A stretch of 60,187 bases of DNA from Collinsella sp. (GTDB taxonomy: Bacteria > Actinomycetota > Coriobacteriia > Coriobacteriales > Coriobacteriaceae). The stretch lies in the NCBI GenBank assembly GCA_048484635.1, contig DBFWDM010000063.1, positions 1 to 60,187 of the forward strand, given 5' to 3'. The notes under the pieces were generated by a model. It was not told the DNA's origin. It ran no database searches and was given only the letters and a program-made list of their open reading frames with translations. The stretch's first letter is position 1. Every line of letters starts with the position of its first letter. A program made the translations under genes and the position numbers. Of this stretch, positions 39,205 to 49,369 are shown one piece after another.

Positions 39205-39804
39205 ATGATGAAAAAGACCCTATCAATCCTTTCCCTTTGCATCGCCCTCTTTGCCGCGCTCGCCCTTGTGGGCTGCGGCGGGAGCGCATCGGGCGGCGGC
39301 AGCGCCCCCAAGAGCGAGAGCAAGGAAAAGGCCCCCGTCGCCAAGAAGACCGACTACATCTGGTTTAAGGTCGAGATGCCCGAGGGCGTCGGCGTAAGCG
39401 ACTCTGCCGGCAAGAATGCCGACAGGGTCCAGCTCACCTTCCCCGAAGACGAGAACGCCTCGGCCGATCGCTTTATCCCCGTTTGGAAAAAAGCGCTGAC
39501 GGCCGAGGAATCCCACGCCGACCAGGCGGAAAAGAAGGGGGATACGTTCCAGTGGAAGGATGGCGGGTCCGTCGAGTATAACGGCAGGACGTGGCTCGTC
39601 GGAACATACGAGGACAACAGCGGCATCTCAACCATGCTTTTTACCGATGTTGAGCCGGGAAGCGTCTACGTCCTCATCTCGAACTTCGACCAGCACAAGA
39701 AAGAAGCCGAGGCACTCCTCAACTCCATCGAGTTCCCCGATGACATGGAAGAGGCAGTTTCCGAGGCACGCGAAGTCGAGATTTCGAGCATCGAGATCAA
39801 GTAA
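39205..39804 (+). CDS. Hypothetical lipoprotein 1
   Basis: Lipobox LVGC; AAGGAGG RBS; paralog of 40046. Confidence 0.85.
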   Translation: MMKKTLSILSLCIALFAALALVGCGGSASGGGSAPKSESKEKAPVAKKTDYIWFKVEMPEGVGVSDSAGKNADRVQLTFPEDENASADRFIPVWKKALTAEESHADQAEKKGDTFQWKDGGSVEYNGRTWLVGTYEDNSGISTMLFTDVEPGSVYVLISNFDQHKKEAEALLNSIEFPDDMEEAVSEAREVEISSIEIK

Positions 39805-40045
39805 CGGGACACCCGCACGCGCCTACGCGCACCCGCGCACATGCGCCCCATTAAAACAACGGGCGCCCAACCCGGGGAGGGCCGACAGCACCAGCCCTCC
39901 CCTCTTTTGCGCCCGAACATATTGCCACTTAACGGCGCAAATCCGGCCCTCAGAATGGGACACATGGCCCACCCTAGCGAGCCGTCCACGCGTACAGTAA
40001 AGACAGGTAATCCATGGGCGGTTACAGATCGAGGAGGACACGACC

Positions 40046-40639
40046 ATGAAAAAGAAGGCCTTTGCGATTCTCACCCTCTGCATCAGTCTCTTTGCCGCAG
40101 TTGCCCTGGTGGGCTGCGGTGGCAGCGGCGACGCTACCGGAAGTGGCGGTGGCGGCGGCGCAGAAAAGCCAGCCGTGGATATGAGGACCGACTTCATTTG
40201 GTTTAAGGTCGAGGTCCCCGAGGGCGTCGAGATCACCGACGTCGCAGGCGACACCGCCGACAGGGCCCAGTTTAAGTTCACCGAGAGCGAGCACGCCAGC
40301 GACCGCTTCATCCCCGTCTTCGACTCTGACAAGAACGCCGACGAGCTGTTCGACTACGAGGCAAAGTGGAAGGCCAACTCCGGATGGACCGAGAGCGATC
40401 CCGTTAAGTACAACGGCAAGACCTGGCGCAGTGCCTACTTTACGCACTCGGGCGGCGTGACGACCGAGTACTTCACCGACGTTGACGGTGGCAGTGTGTA
40501 TGTGCGCATCGACAACGTCGAGGAGCACAAGGACGCCGTCGAGACCATGATGAAGTCCCTGGAATTTGCCGATGACATCGCCGAGGCCAAGACCGAGGCC
40601 ATGGACGTCAAGCTCGACGATATCGAGATCAAGCGTTAA
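40046..40639 (+). CDS. Hypothetical lipoprotein 2
   Basis: Lipobox LVGC; shares TD.IWFKVE.PEG, ADR.Q, DRFIPV, YNG.TW and FTDV..GSVYV with 39205. Confidence 0.85.
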   Translation: MKKKAFAILTLCISLFAAVALVGCGGSGDATGSGGGGGAEKPAVDMRTDFIWFKVEVPEGVEITDVAGDTADRAQFKFTESEHASDRFIPVFDSDKNADELFDYEAKWKANSGWTESDPVKYNGKTWRSAYFTHSGGVTTEYFTDVDGGSVYVRIDNVEEHKDAVETMMKSLEFADDIAEAKTEAMDVKLDDIEIKR

Positions 40640-40710
40640 GCGACTGGCGAGCGCAGCGGGAAACACGGGCGCAGTGCAAACAAGCGACGGTTCCCTAGCG
40701 CTTCGTACCC

Positions 40711-40744
40711 AGGGAGGGCCGGTAAACCGACCCTCCCTTTCTTA
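40711..40744 (+). terminator. Intrinsic terminator
   Basis: AGGGAGGG/CCCTCCCT stem followed by TTCTT. Confidence 0.55.
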
Positions 40745-40944
40745 TGCCGGTAGCCAACGAACGCGAGGATGCCGGACGCCGGAACCGCTCCAAATGTAGC
40801 AACAGTACGAAAACAACAAACACCCCAACACGTCCGCCCGCCGATTTATTGCGCCGCGCAGACAATTGAACCAGCATCTTTAAACATCTGAGCAGTATAG
40901 TGACCAAAACTATCGCATAACCGCACTCTACGAATGGAGAAGTT

Positions 40945-43439
40945 ATGACCGAACACCACGCCATCAGCCGCCGAGCATTTACGTTGGGCCTTGGACTCGC
41001 GGCGTTGTCGCCACTTGCAAGCCTGCCCGAAACCGCGGCATTGGGCATTGGCCCACGAGCGGCATTTGCAGACGACGCTGCCACAGCGTCGGTCAGCCTC
41101 AACAATTTCGTCATTCGCCTTCGCCCCGCGGGCTTTTTTCGTACCGCAAGCGTTAACGAAGACGGCAACGTCATCGGCAACGTCTGCCATCTGTTTAATG
41201 ACGGCACGTCCAGCAAGCTCATCCTTGAGAACGTAACGACCAAGAATGACGATACAAACTGGTATGCTATCCGCACCTTGCTCAATTTCGAAGAGCATAA
41301 AAAGACGGGCTACAGCATTTGGTCGGTCGATGGCGACTCGGACAAAGACGGAAAGGTCATCCACGTATGGAGTGGCGAGCATGACGGCAAGCCCAGTCGC
41401 TCTTTTGCGTTCGAGCGGCAATCAAACGGAACCTATATCATCCGAGACCGCACGGTCGAGAAAGAAACCGAGAAAAAAGACATTAAGTACCTGGCAATAG
41501 AATCGAACGGCGAAGACCAGGACAACAATAAGATCTGCCATAAGAGTAAGAGTAAGAGCATTCCGTGGGAGCTCGAACTTATCGGTTACGACATGAAAAA
41601 GAACGATGCCACGGTTAGCAGCCTCGACTGGATTACGTACAGCAGCTACGTCGATGGGCCATGTTGGATGAAATACGTCGACGACAACAAGTTCCTCGAC
41701 GAGCTGAGCATCCCGGGCACGCACGATTCGGGCACCTGCAGCGTGGACAACGACACTGAGCCCCAATCCTCGCAAGTAAAATGCCAGCAGGATTACATTC
41801 CCACGCAGCTGCTCGAAGGCATTCGCTATTTTGATATCCGTCTCGGAAAGGGCAACAACCCTGGCATCGACCATGGATGTACTACCTGCTCAAAAAAGAC
41901 GCGTACTTTTTGCATCTTTCCGATGTCATAGGCTACTTCAAAACGTTTTTGAACGAAAACCCGACAGAAGCGCTCATCATGCTTGTATCACGAGGCAACG
42001 ACGAGGCTACCGACGAAAGTGTTACGACGGCTTTCGCCAAGGTTTTGGACGACAACCCCAAACTGTTCTATACGTCGAGCCGCGTTCCCACACTGGGCGA
42101 GGTGCGCGGAAAGATCGTCCTGCTACGTCGATTTGGACTCGACGGCGACAGCGTAAGCGGCCACACGTGGGGACTCGACCTCACCGAATGGGATAACAAA
42201 ATCGCAGCGCACACCGACAGCAGTTCCATGTGCCTCGTCCAAGACGCGCGGGGCTTTGAAGCCGCGGGGGAAACAGGCGACAAAGAGCCCTATTGCACCA
42301 AGGTATACGCCCAGGACAAGTACAAACTCACGGGAACCGACAAGCTCAGCTGGGTCGATAATGCGCTGAAGGAAACGACCGGGCGCACGCGCAACGAGGT
42401 AGATGTCGAGGACGATAACGGGGCCAAGGAGAAAGTCCTGGAGCGCTGCTGGTCTATCAACTACACCAGCTGCACGGGCTTGTCGCACGGAGGCAATCCT
42501 TTTACCTCGGCACGAGTAGTCAACGAGCATCTGTATAAGAGCCCGTACATCAATCCCAGCGGCATCGAGGATACAAAGTCAGATTACCTCAAGCACATTG
42601 GCATCATCGCATCCGACTTTGTTGATGCGGCGCTGGCCCGGAGCATCTACCAGCGCAATTACGATACGGAGCACAAGCAGACGGCTTCGTACTATCTCCC
42701 GTACTATCTCCCGACCCGCATGCGCATGACGTACGGCGACTCGCTGAGCGATGCCTCATTCCAGGACGGCAAGACCGTTGGCGAGGGTCATTTCCGCCTC
42801 GTCGACAGCAGCAACGTACTCAACGTGGCAGCTTCGGGCCATGCGTTTGCCATCGAATATGTGGATGTCGACGCCTTGGGCAACGAGACCGTTACGGAGC
42901 TGCGGGGCTCCGTGCCCATCGATATCGATCCACGCGCGCTGACGCCCCATTTTGAGGGACTCGAAGGCCTTAAGGCCGGCGAAGACGTGCGCGCCAAGAT
43001 TGCGGCATCACTCGAGGGCAAGCTCGAAACCGATGCCTGCACGGCCCAGCTCGAGTTTGTGCACGACGCGAACGGCGCTCCGGGAACGGCAATGGCCGAG
43101 GGCGAGGCATTTGCCGCGGGGACGTATTGGGTGCGTGCGAAAGGTCTGTTGGGCGACGCGGCGCAGAACTACACGCTCGCCAGCGACGGAGCCGCAAACT
43201 TTACCGTAGCGGCCTCGGACAGTGCAGGCGGCACCGGCAGCGGCACGGGTTCCAGCGCAGGCAGCGCTGATAAGAATGGTAAGGGCAACAAGGGCAAGGG
43301 CTCGGGCGGAAAACTCGCCGACACGGGCGACGGCTCCGGCATTGCCGCCGGGCTCGCCGCTGCCGCCATGGCGACAACGGTCGCCGGCGCGGCGATGCTT
43401 GCCAATGACCGCGAAAACGTTGGGGACGACAGCGAATAG
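40945..43439 (+). pseudogene. Frameshifted phosphatidylinositol-specific phospholipase C domain surface protein
   Basis: ORF 40945-41931 has a Tat motif SRRAF, LSIPGTHDS, QL.EGIRYFDIR and DHG; ORF 41877-43439 continues with FL.ENPTE, PTLGEVRGKIVLL.RF, INY.S and LADTG + TM; the frame changes near 41877. Confidence 0.8.
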
Positions 43440-43475
43440 GCAAGCCCGCCTTTTAGACACATCGACTCAATTGGG

Positions 43476-43509
43476 GGGGCGCAGAATACCGTTCTGCGCC
43501 CCGATTTTT
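43476..43509 (+). terminator. Intrinsic terminator
   Basis: GGGGCGCAGAA/TTCTGCGCCCC stem followed by GATTTTT. Confidence 0.6.
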
Positions 43510-43534
43510 ACCTTAGCCCGAACACCGTTATCGG

Positions 43535-43804
43535 CTACATCACCATGTTCAGCGCATTCACGAACTCCTGAGCTTGGGAGCGGCTGCTCAGACTAAAGAC
43601 ACAGGCAGTCAACAGCCTGTTACGTAGGAAAACGTCGCGGCCCTTGATCCTGCTGACCCCCGTAATATCCTTAAGATAAACAATCTCGGTGTGCTTGCCA
43701 CCAAAAGTGCCCTTCTTGAGCACCTCGATGCGGTTAGGGTAGATCTTGACGTCTTTAAACCTACCCGAACCTTTGTCCTGGAACAGCAGCGTGTTGTTGT
43801 CCAT
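43535..43804 (-). CDS. Small hypothetical protein, bacterial PH-like fold
   Basis: 89 aa; beta-rich IYPNRIEV...YLKDITGV with a C-terminal helix; GGGAG RBS. Confidence 0.65.
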   Translation of the reverse strand: MDNNTLLFQDKGSGRFKDVKIYPNRIEVLKKGTFGGKHTEIVYLKDITGVSRIKGRDVFLRNRLLTACVFSLSSRSQAQEFVNALNMVM

Positions 43805-43972
43805 ACGCGTCACTCCCGCGGGGTTCGCTAAAACTGCCTCTATGGTCACATTTTAACCACCGCAAGGCTCCCATGCGAAGGTGCCAGACAACATAGCAAT
43901 TCGTGTCCGCGCGAGGCTTTAAACTAAATGCGTTAAAGATGCATTCCACAAGAGGAAAGTGGGGCGACAGTG

Positions 43973-45022
43973 ATGGGCGAACTGGTAAACCGTGGAGAAT
44001 CGGCAATCGTGCCCGAAGGTTTTTACAAGCAGGTCTCCTCAATTCTCAACGCCGCTCGCGACAAGGCCTATACCGCCGTTAACTTTGCGATGGTTGAGGC
44101 GTATTGGGAGATCGGCAAGAGCATTGTTGATGAGCAGGGCGGAGAGGAGCGCGCAGCATATGGGGAGGCATTGATTGCAGGCCTCTCCAGAAGGCTTACC
44201 GCGGATTTCGGAAGAGGCTTTGGCATCGCAAACCTTCGCAATATGCGTCAGTTCTTTCTTGCGTTTCCAATTCGCGACGCACTGCGTAGCGAATTGAGCT
44301 GGACTCATTACCGCAGGTTGATGCGCATTCCCGACCCTGATGCTCGCGCCTGGTACATGAACGAATGCGCCGATTCTCGTTGGAGCACGCGTCAGCTCGA
44401 GCGCCAGATCAACACCATGTTCCGCGAGCGCCTACTTGCCAGCAAGGACAAAGAGGCCGTCACCCAGGAAATCCAAAAGAGCGCCCCGGCTCGTCGCCCC
44501 GAGGACATCATCCGCGACCCATATGTACTGGAGTTTTTAGGTTTCTCGGACGATACTGCGTTTCGCGAGAGCGATTTAGAGCAGGCGCTCATCACGCATC
44601 TTCAGAAGTTCCTGCTGGAGCTTGGCCGTGGCTTCGCTTTCGAGGCGCGCCAAAAGCGCATCACCTTTGATGGGCGCCATTTCTATATTGACCTTGTTTT
44701 TTACAACTATCTGATGCGCTGCTTCGTGCTCATCGACCTTAAGACGGACGACCTTACGCATCAGGACCTGGGCCAGATGCAAATGTATGTGAACTACTAC
44801 ACGCGCGAGCTCATGAACGAAGGCGACAATCCGCCCATAGGCATCGTGCTCTGCGCGGACAAAAGCGATTCGATCGTCGAGTACACGCTGCCCGAAGACA
44901 ACGACCAAGTGTTTGCCGCCAAATACCTGCCATATCTTCCAAGCAAGGAAGAGCTGGCGCGCGAGCTGAGTGCCGAGTACCGCGCCATCAACGAAGCGAC
45001 TAATGGCGAAACGCAAGGGTAG
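43973..45022 (+). CDS. YhcG/DUF1016 PD-(D/E)XK nuclease family protein
   Basis: YWEIG, LSWTHY, WS.RQL.RQI, DPY.LEFL, FLLELG.GF.F, DL.FY and GQM.MY motifs. Confidence 0.92.
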   Translation: MGELVNRGESAIVPEGFYKQVSSILNAARDKAYTAVNFAMVEAYWEIGKSIVDEQGGEERAAYGEALIAGLSRRLTADFGRGFGIANLRNMRQFFLAFPIRDALRSELSWTHYRRLMRIPDPDARAWYMNECADSRWSTRQLERQINTMFRERLLASKDKEAVTQEIQKSAPARRPEDIIRDPYVLEFLGFSDDTAFRESDLEQALITHLQKFLLELGRGFAFEARQKRITFDGRHFYIDLVFYNYLMRCFVLIDLKTDDLTHQDLGQMQMYVNYYTRELMNEGDNPPIGIVLCADKSDSIVEYTLPEDNDQVFAAKYLPYLPSKEELARELSAEYRAINEATNGETQG

Positions 45023-45450
45023 CAGCACATTGCGACCGAAACCACCGCAGCCGTCGCAGGCGCACTCGCGGTTGCGACGCACGCTACGAAACAATACCGG
45101 TCATGGACGCCGGCAACGACATTCTAGCCGTGGCTGGCGAGCGTGACCTGACAGGCAAAGACGCGGCCTTCGTCTGATGTGGGTCCATTGGCTGCCACAG
45201 AAAAGGGCCGGTTGCAGCCGGCCCTTTAGACGATAATACCTGCGTTGCCCGCGCTTCCGAAGTGTGACTAGCTGAGGAGCGGGTTCCGCGGCACAACCTG
45301 ATTTTACCCGGTGGGGCGGCTCTTTTGCAGCCGCTCCACTGTTTATTTACATCTGGCACCCTCAAACAATCAGACGGCAGCCCGCACTCCTGAGAGCTGC
45401 CCCGCACCCCCGGCCATCACCTTACGGCAACAACCGGTGCTACTCCCCCC

Positions 45451-46788
45451 CTACTTCCCAAATAGCGCACCCAGCAGACCGCGGCGTTTGGGCTTCTCCT
45501 CTCGGTAGGAACCCTCGGCTGCGGCCGCCACCTGTCGCGGCTGCTCGCCGCCTCCACGGCGTACGATCTGGTATAGGAACGGCGATTTAACGTATTTGAC
45601 CTCGATGGGCGTGGCGTGCACGGTGCTTTCGCTCGACAGCATCACGTTGGGATTGAGCGGTGCCACCACATGCGTCTCGCGCTTGTCACTAAACACCACC
45701 GCAGCCGCGCGGCCCGTCTGGCCGTTCACGGCGATGCGCACCTGTTCGCCATCGCGACTATCCGAGGCAGGACGATCGACAAAGTACACCGGCACCATAA
45801 CCAAGCCGTCCTTGTGCTTGCGGGCCTTGCGCGCCCACGTGCGGATGCTCTTTTTATTGAACCCCAGCACCGCCTCGGCGTCGTTGCCCGCAACGTCGAG
45901 CGCCAACTTATCAATAACCACCTGGTCCTTGGTAGACGCATCGACGGAGACAACGCGGAAGTCGCCTTCCTGCATGGCGGGATCGAACGGCCCAACCTTG
46001 GCAAAGTCCCACGGCTCCAAAATGCCCATGAGGCGAACGTCCAGGTAGTTTGCCCTGGGGTATGCCCAGTCGAGCACCTCGTAGTACACCAGGGTTTCCT
46101 TGCTCAGGCCCTTGCCCGGGAAGCTCGCCATCATGCGCAGGTCCGCGAGCGCCATGGGGAAGTAGAAGAGCATCATGTCGTTTTGGATCGCGTCTTCCAC
46201 GTCGTGCCCGGCAAAGGCGTCGGGGTACTGACGCACCAGCTGCAGCGCGTTGGCACGTGCCTGCTGCGGCGAGATTTCGAAGGGAATACCCTGCTCGGGC
46301 ACATACTCCGCACCAACGCCCATGGTCAGGCGCTTGCTGAAGGTGCCGGGTTTAAGCAGGTCGGCAACGCCGATCTTATTGCCGCAGGACGGGCACTCAA
46401 ACACGCGCTGGGTCGATGACCCCTCAAAGGACGCTCCGCAGAAGGGGCAAGGAATGCTCACATGCGTGGCCTCTTGGAACTCCTGCGCCGTGCCGCGATC
46501 CTCCCACAGCAGATGTTCCAGGACCGACTGATTGCGCCAGTGCGAATTGAAGAAATACCAGTCCGGGTCCTCCGGGCGCTCGAGTTGCGACACATGCGTG
46601 AGCTTGAGCAGTCCATCCACTACCGTCAACGGCGTATGGCGAATGCCCAAAGCGCTCTTGGGCTCTCCGGCGTCCGCCTGCCACGGAATGACCGCACCGC
46701 AATAGGCGCACTCAAAGCTGCGCTTAGCCTGGTGCGAGTACATAGGGCCGCCGCAGTTTTGACATTTAATGGCAAACATCTCGTCCAT
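45451..46788 (-). CDS. Zinc-ribbon hypothetical protein
   Basis: Four CxxC motifs (CQNC, CAYC, CPFC, CPSC), IPF and VNGQTG; AGGAGG RBS. Confidence 0.8.
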   Translation of the reverse strand: MDEMFAIKCQNCGGPMYSHQAKRSFECAYCGAVIPWQADAGEPKSALGIRHTPLTVVDGLLKLTHVSQLERPEDPDWYFFNSHWRNQSVLEHLLWEDRGTAQEFQEATHVSIPCPFCGASFEGSSTQRVFECPSCGNKIGVADLLKPGTFSKRLTMGVGAEYVPEQGIPFEISPQQARANALQLVRQYPDAFAGHDVEDAIQNDMMLFYFPMALADLRMMASFPGKGLSKETLVYYEVLDWAYPRANYLDVRLMGILEPWDFAKVGPFDPAMQEGDFRVVSVDASTKDQVVIDKLALDVAGNDAEAVLGFNKKSIRTWARKARKHKDGLVMVPVYFVDRPASDSRDGEQVRIAVNGQTGRAAAVVFSDKRETHVVAPLNPNVMLSSESTVHATPIEVKYVKSPFLYQIVRRGGGEQPRQVAAAAEGSYREEKPKRRGLLGALFGK

Positions 46789-47006
46789 GGAAACGTCCTC
46801 CTTTGCACAGGGGCTGTCGACATTAAGTATGTCGAGCAAACAGACACATGCCCATACCCATGTGGCCCAAAATGGACCACCCAGGCAGACGAGAAGGCTC
46901 GCTCGTTAGCACCGGCAGACTATTGCTGCATTTTCTGAGCATCGGTGCACGGCGCCCCCGCGCGAGCTACACTATCCCCTTAAACATGATTGTGAGGACG
47001 ACCGCT

Positions 47007-48188
47007 ATGCTATTTGTAAATCGGCTGGTACATACGCTTGTTCCCGGCAGCGAGGACGAGCCGGTCGATGCATCTTGCCGCACCAACGCGGGTTTTACCG
47101 CAAGCCTCATCTGCATTGGACTCAACATCACCCTGTGCCTGGCCAAGGGCATCGCGGGCCTGCTCGCCGGTTCCGTCTCCCTCATCGCCGACGCTTTCAA
47201 CAACCTTTCCGATGCCTCGAGCAACATCGTGAGTCTGCTCGGGTTCCGCCTTGCCAGCCGCCCGGCAGACGAGGGCCACCCTTACGGCCACGGCCGCTAC
47301 GAGTACCTCGCCGGCTTGTTCGTCGCCGTCCTGGTTTGCGCCGTCGGCATCAATCTGATCCTCGAGTCGATCACCAAGATCATCAAGCCCTCGCCCACCG
47401 CTTACACGTTTATTTCCCTTGCGGCACTGGCTACGTCCATGCTCGTTAAGCTCTGGATGGCCGCGTTCAACCGCACGCTGGGCGACCGCATCGACTCGGA
47501 GACGCTCATCGCTACGGCGCAGGACTCCAAAAACGATGTCATCACCTCGGGCTCGGTCTTGGTGGCGGCGCTTATTTCGCAGACGACCGGCTTTGACCTC
47601 GATGGCTGGGCTGGCCTGGGCGTGGGCATCTTCATCTGCATCAGCGGCCTGGGCCTGGTGCGCGACGCCATCAGCCCGCTGTTAGGACAAGCGCCCGACC
47701 CCAAGCTCGTCCAGGCAATCCGCGACAAGATCATGTCCTATCCGCAGGTCTTGGGCACACATGACCTGATGGTGCACGACTACGGCCCCGGTCGTCAGTT
47801 TGCCAGCGCCCACGTGGAGATGCCCGGCGAGGGCGACGCGTTTGAGCACCACGAGATTCTGGACACCATCGAGCACGATATCAAGCGCCAGATGGGCATT
47901 GGTATCACGCTGCACTGCGACCCCATCGCGACAACCGGCGATGACTTGCGCGGCTGGGTCAAGCGCGGCGTAGCGCAGATCGACCCCACGCTTTCCATCC
48001 ACGACCTGCACGAGCACGACGGGTTCGTTTCGTTTGATCTAGTGCGTCCCGACGGCTTTGACATATCCGACGAGGAGCTGCTGGAGCTCGTCACGCGCAT
48101 CGTGCACGAGCGCCGGCCCGATGCCTCGTGCGTCGTTACGTTTGACTCGGGCTTTAGCTCGCCCGACCGTCCGGCAGAGCAGCTGTAG
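47007..48188 (+). CDS. Cation diffusion facilitator family transporter
   Basis: S..LIADA.NN.SD, PAD..HPYGHGR.E, DS.ND and HDL.VHDYGPG motifs. Confidence 0.93.
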   Translation: MLFVNRLVHTLVPGSEDEPVDASCRTNAGFTASLICIGLNITLCLAKGIAGLLAGSVSLIADAFNNLSDASSNIVSLLGFRLASRPADEGHPYGHGRYEYLAGLFVAVLVCAVGINLILESITKIIKPSPTAYTFISLAALATSMLVKLWMAAFNRTLGDRIDSETLIATAQDSKNDVITSGSVLVAALISQTTGFDLDGWAGLGVGIFICISGLGLVRDAISPLLGQAPDPKLVQAIRDKIMSYPQVLGTHDLMVHDYGPGRQFASAHVEMPGEGDAFEHHEILDTIEHDIKRQMGIGITLHCDPIATTGDDLRGWVKRGVAQIDPTLSIHDLHEHDGFVSFDLVRPDGFDISDEELLELVTRIVHERRPDASCVVTFDSGFSSPDRPAEQL

Positions 48189-48200
48189 CCCGCTTAACAG

Positions 48201-49190
48201 CTAGTTACCCTGTGCGCCCGAAATGCCGTTTTGTAGGGCGTTCCAGGCATCCGTCGCCATGTCTCCCAAGTTCTGCGCGGTATCACCCAGGTTTTGTGCC
48301 GTATCGCCCAGCTCTAGCGCCTTATCTCCCAACTCCTGCGCCTTGTTGCTCAAGTCCTCCAGCGTATTGGAGCTCGAGCTGTCGGTGCCGCTTTGGCCGC
48401 CGGACGAGTTGCCATAGCTGTTCTTGTGCGTGAGCTGAATCTCCAGGTTGCCGTTGTCGTTATAGTAGGCAGAAGTAACGACCCAGTTGGCATCGACGAC
48501 GGGCGTTGAGCCATCATCAGTCAGGACCACGGCATTCGAAAGATCAGCGCCGCGCGACTTGAGAAGCTTCTTGGCGTTGGACCAGTACTGCCCCGGGATA
48601 TCGCTCAAATCGACGGTGCTAGACGAGGCGGACTCGGTTTGCTCGGCAGCGGTATCGGCCGTTGAGCTCCCCCGCTTGTTGAGCATGCCCGACACGATGG
48701 CAAACACAACCGACAGCGCAAAGAAGATCGCCAGCACGATGAGGATCTTCTTGATCACGCTCGACGAACGCGACGGCCTCTTCTCCTCGTCCTCGCCATA
48801 TTGCGGAATCGACTTGGGGTACTCGCGATACGGCTCGCGCGACTCGTAACGAGGCTGAGCCGTGCGCGGCATATACGTCGTCTGCTGAGGCTGCGGAATG
48901 GGATTCTGCGGCAGGTCATCATAGGGATTCGGCGTCGAGGCAGCATAAGAATCCTGCGGCGCGTAATCAAACGGATCCGGAGCTGCGTTGCCATAGGGGC
49001 CTTGCGAAGATGCAGCGTAAGAATCCTGCGCCGTGTCGCCATAGCCCATAACCCGGGTGGGCTCGGCAGAAGGCTGCGTCGCGGCGGGGTCGGTATAACC
49101 GGGGTTGGGAACAACGCGGGTCGCATCGGCGCTATCGCCAGCCTGCGCGGAACCGTAGCCGCCTATCACGGTTGTCTTGTCCTGATCCAT
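48201..49190 (-). CDS. Hypothetical bitopic membrane protein
   Basis: P/Y/Q-rich N-terminus, one TM, C-terminal 7-aa LGDxAxx repeats; AAGGA RBS. Confidence 0.72.
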   Translation of the reverse strand: MDQDKTTVIGGYGSAQAGDSADATRVVPNPGYTDPAATQPSAEPTRVMGYGDTAQDSYAASSQGPYGNAAPDPFDYAPQDSYAASTPNPYDDLPQNPIPQPQQTTYMPRTAQPRYESREPYREYPKSIPQYGEDEEKRPSRSSSVIKKILIVLAIFFALSVVFAIVSGMLNKRGSSTADTAAEQTESASSSTVDLSDIPGQYWSNAKKLLKSRGADLSNAVVLTDDGSTPVVDANWVVTSAYYNDNGNLEIQLTHKNSYGNSSGGQSGTDSSSSNTLEDLSNKAQELGDKALELGDTAQNLGDTAQNLGDMATDAWNALQNGISGAQGN

Positions 49191-49308
49191 GCAACGATTC
49201 CTTTCCGTCACGCGTGAGCCTCAAGTTATCCATGCATTCTACCCGCGCAAAAGCCTATGATGGGCAGAGTCCGTCGGTATCTACAAGACATGCGCGGGCT
49301 TAAGGATC

Positions 49309-49344
49309 AAAAAGCCCCGCCGTGCCTTGTGAGCACGACGGGGC
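49309..49344 (-). terminator. Intrinsic terminator of fhs
   Basis: GCCCCG..CGTGC/GCACG..CGGGGC stem; A-run on + strand. Confidence 0.65.
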
Positions 49345-49369
49345 GGGCAAGCGGCTATGAGCAGCGAGC

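Noticed and set aside
45103..45177. 24-codon ORF MDAGNDILAVAGERDLTGKDAAFV
   Set aside because: No RBS or toxin-like hydrophobicity; at most a gene remnant.
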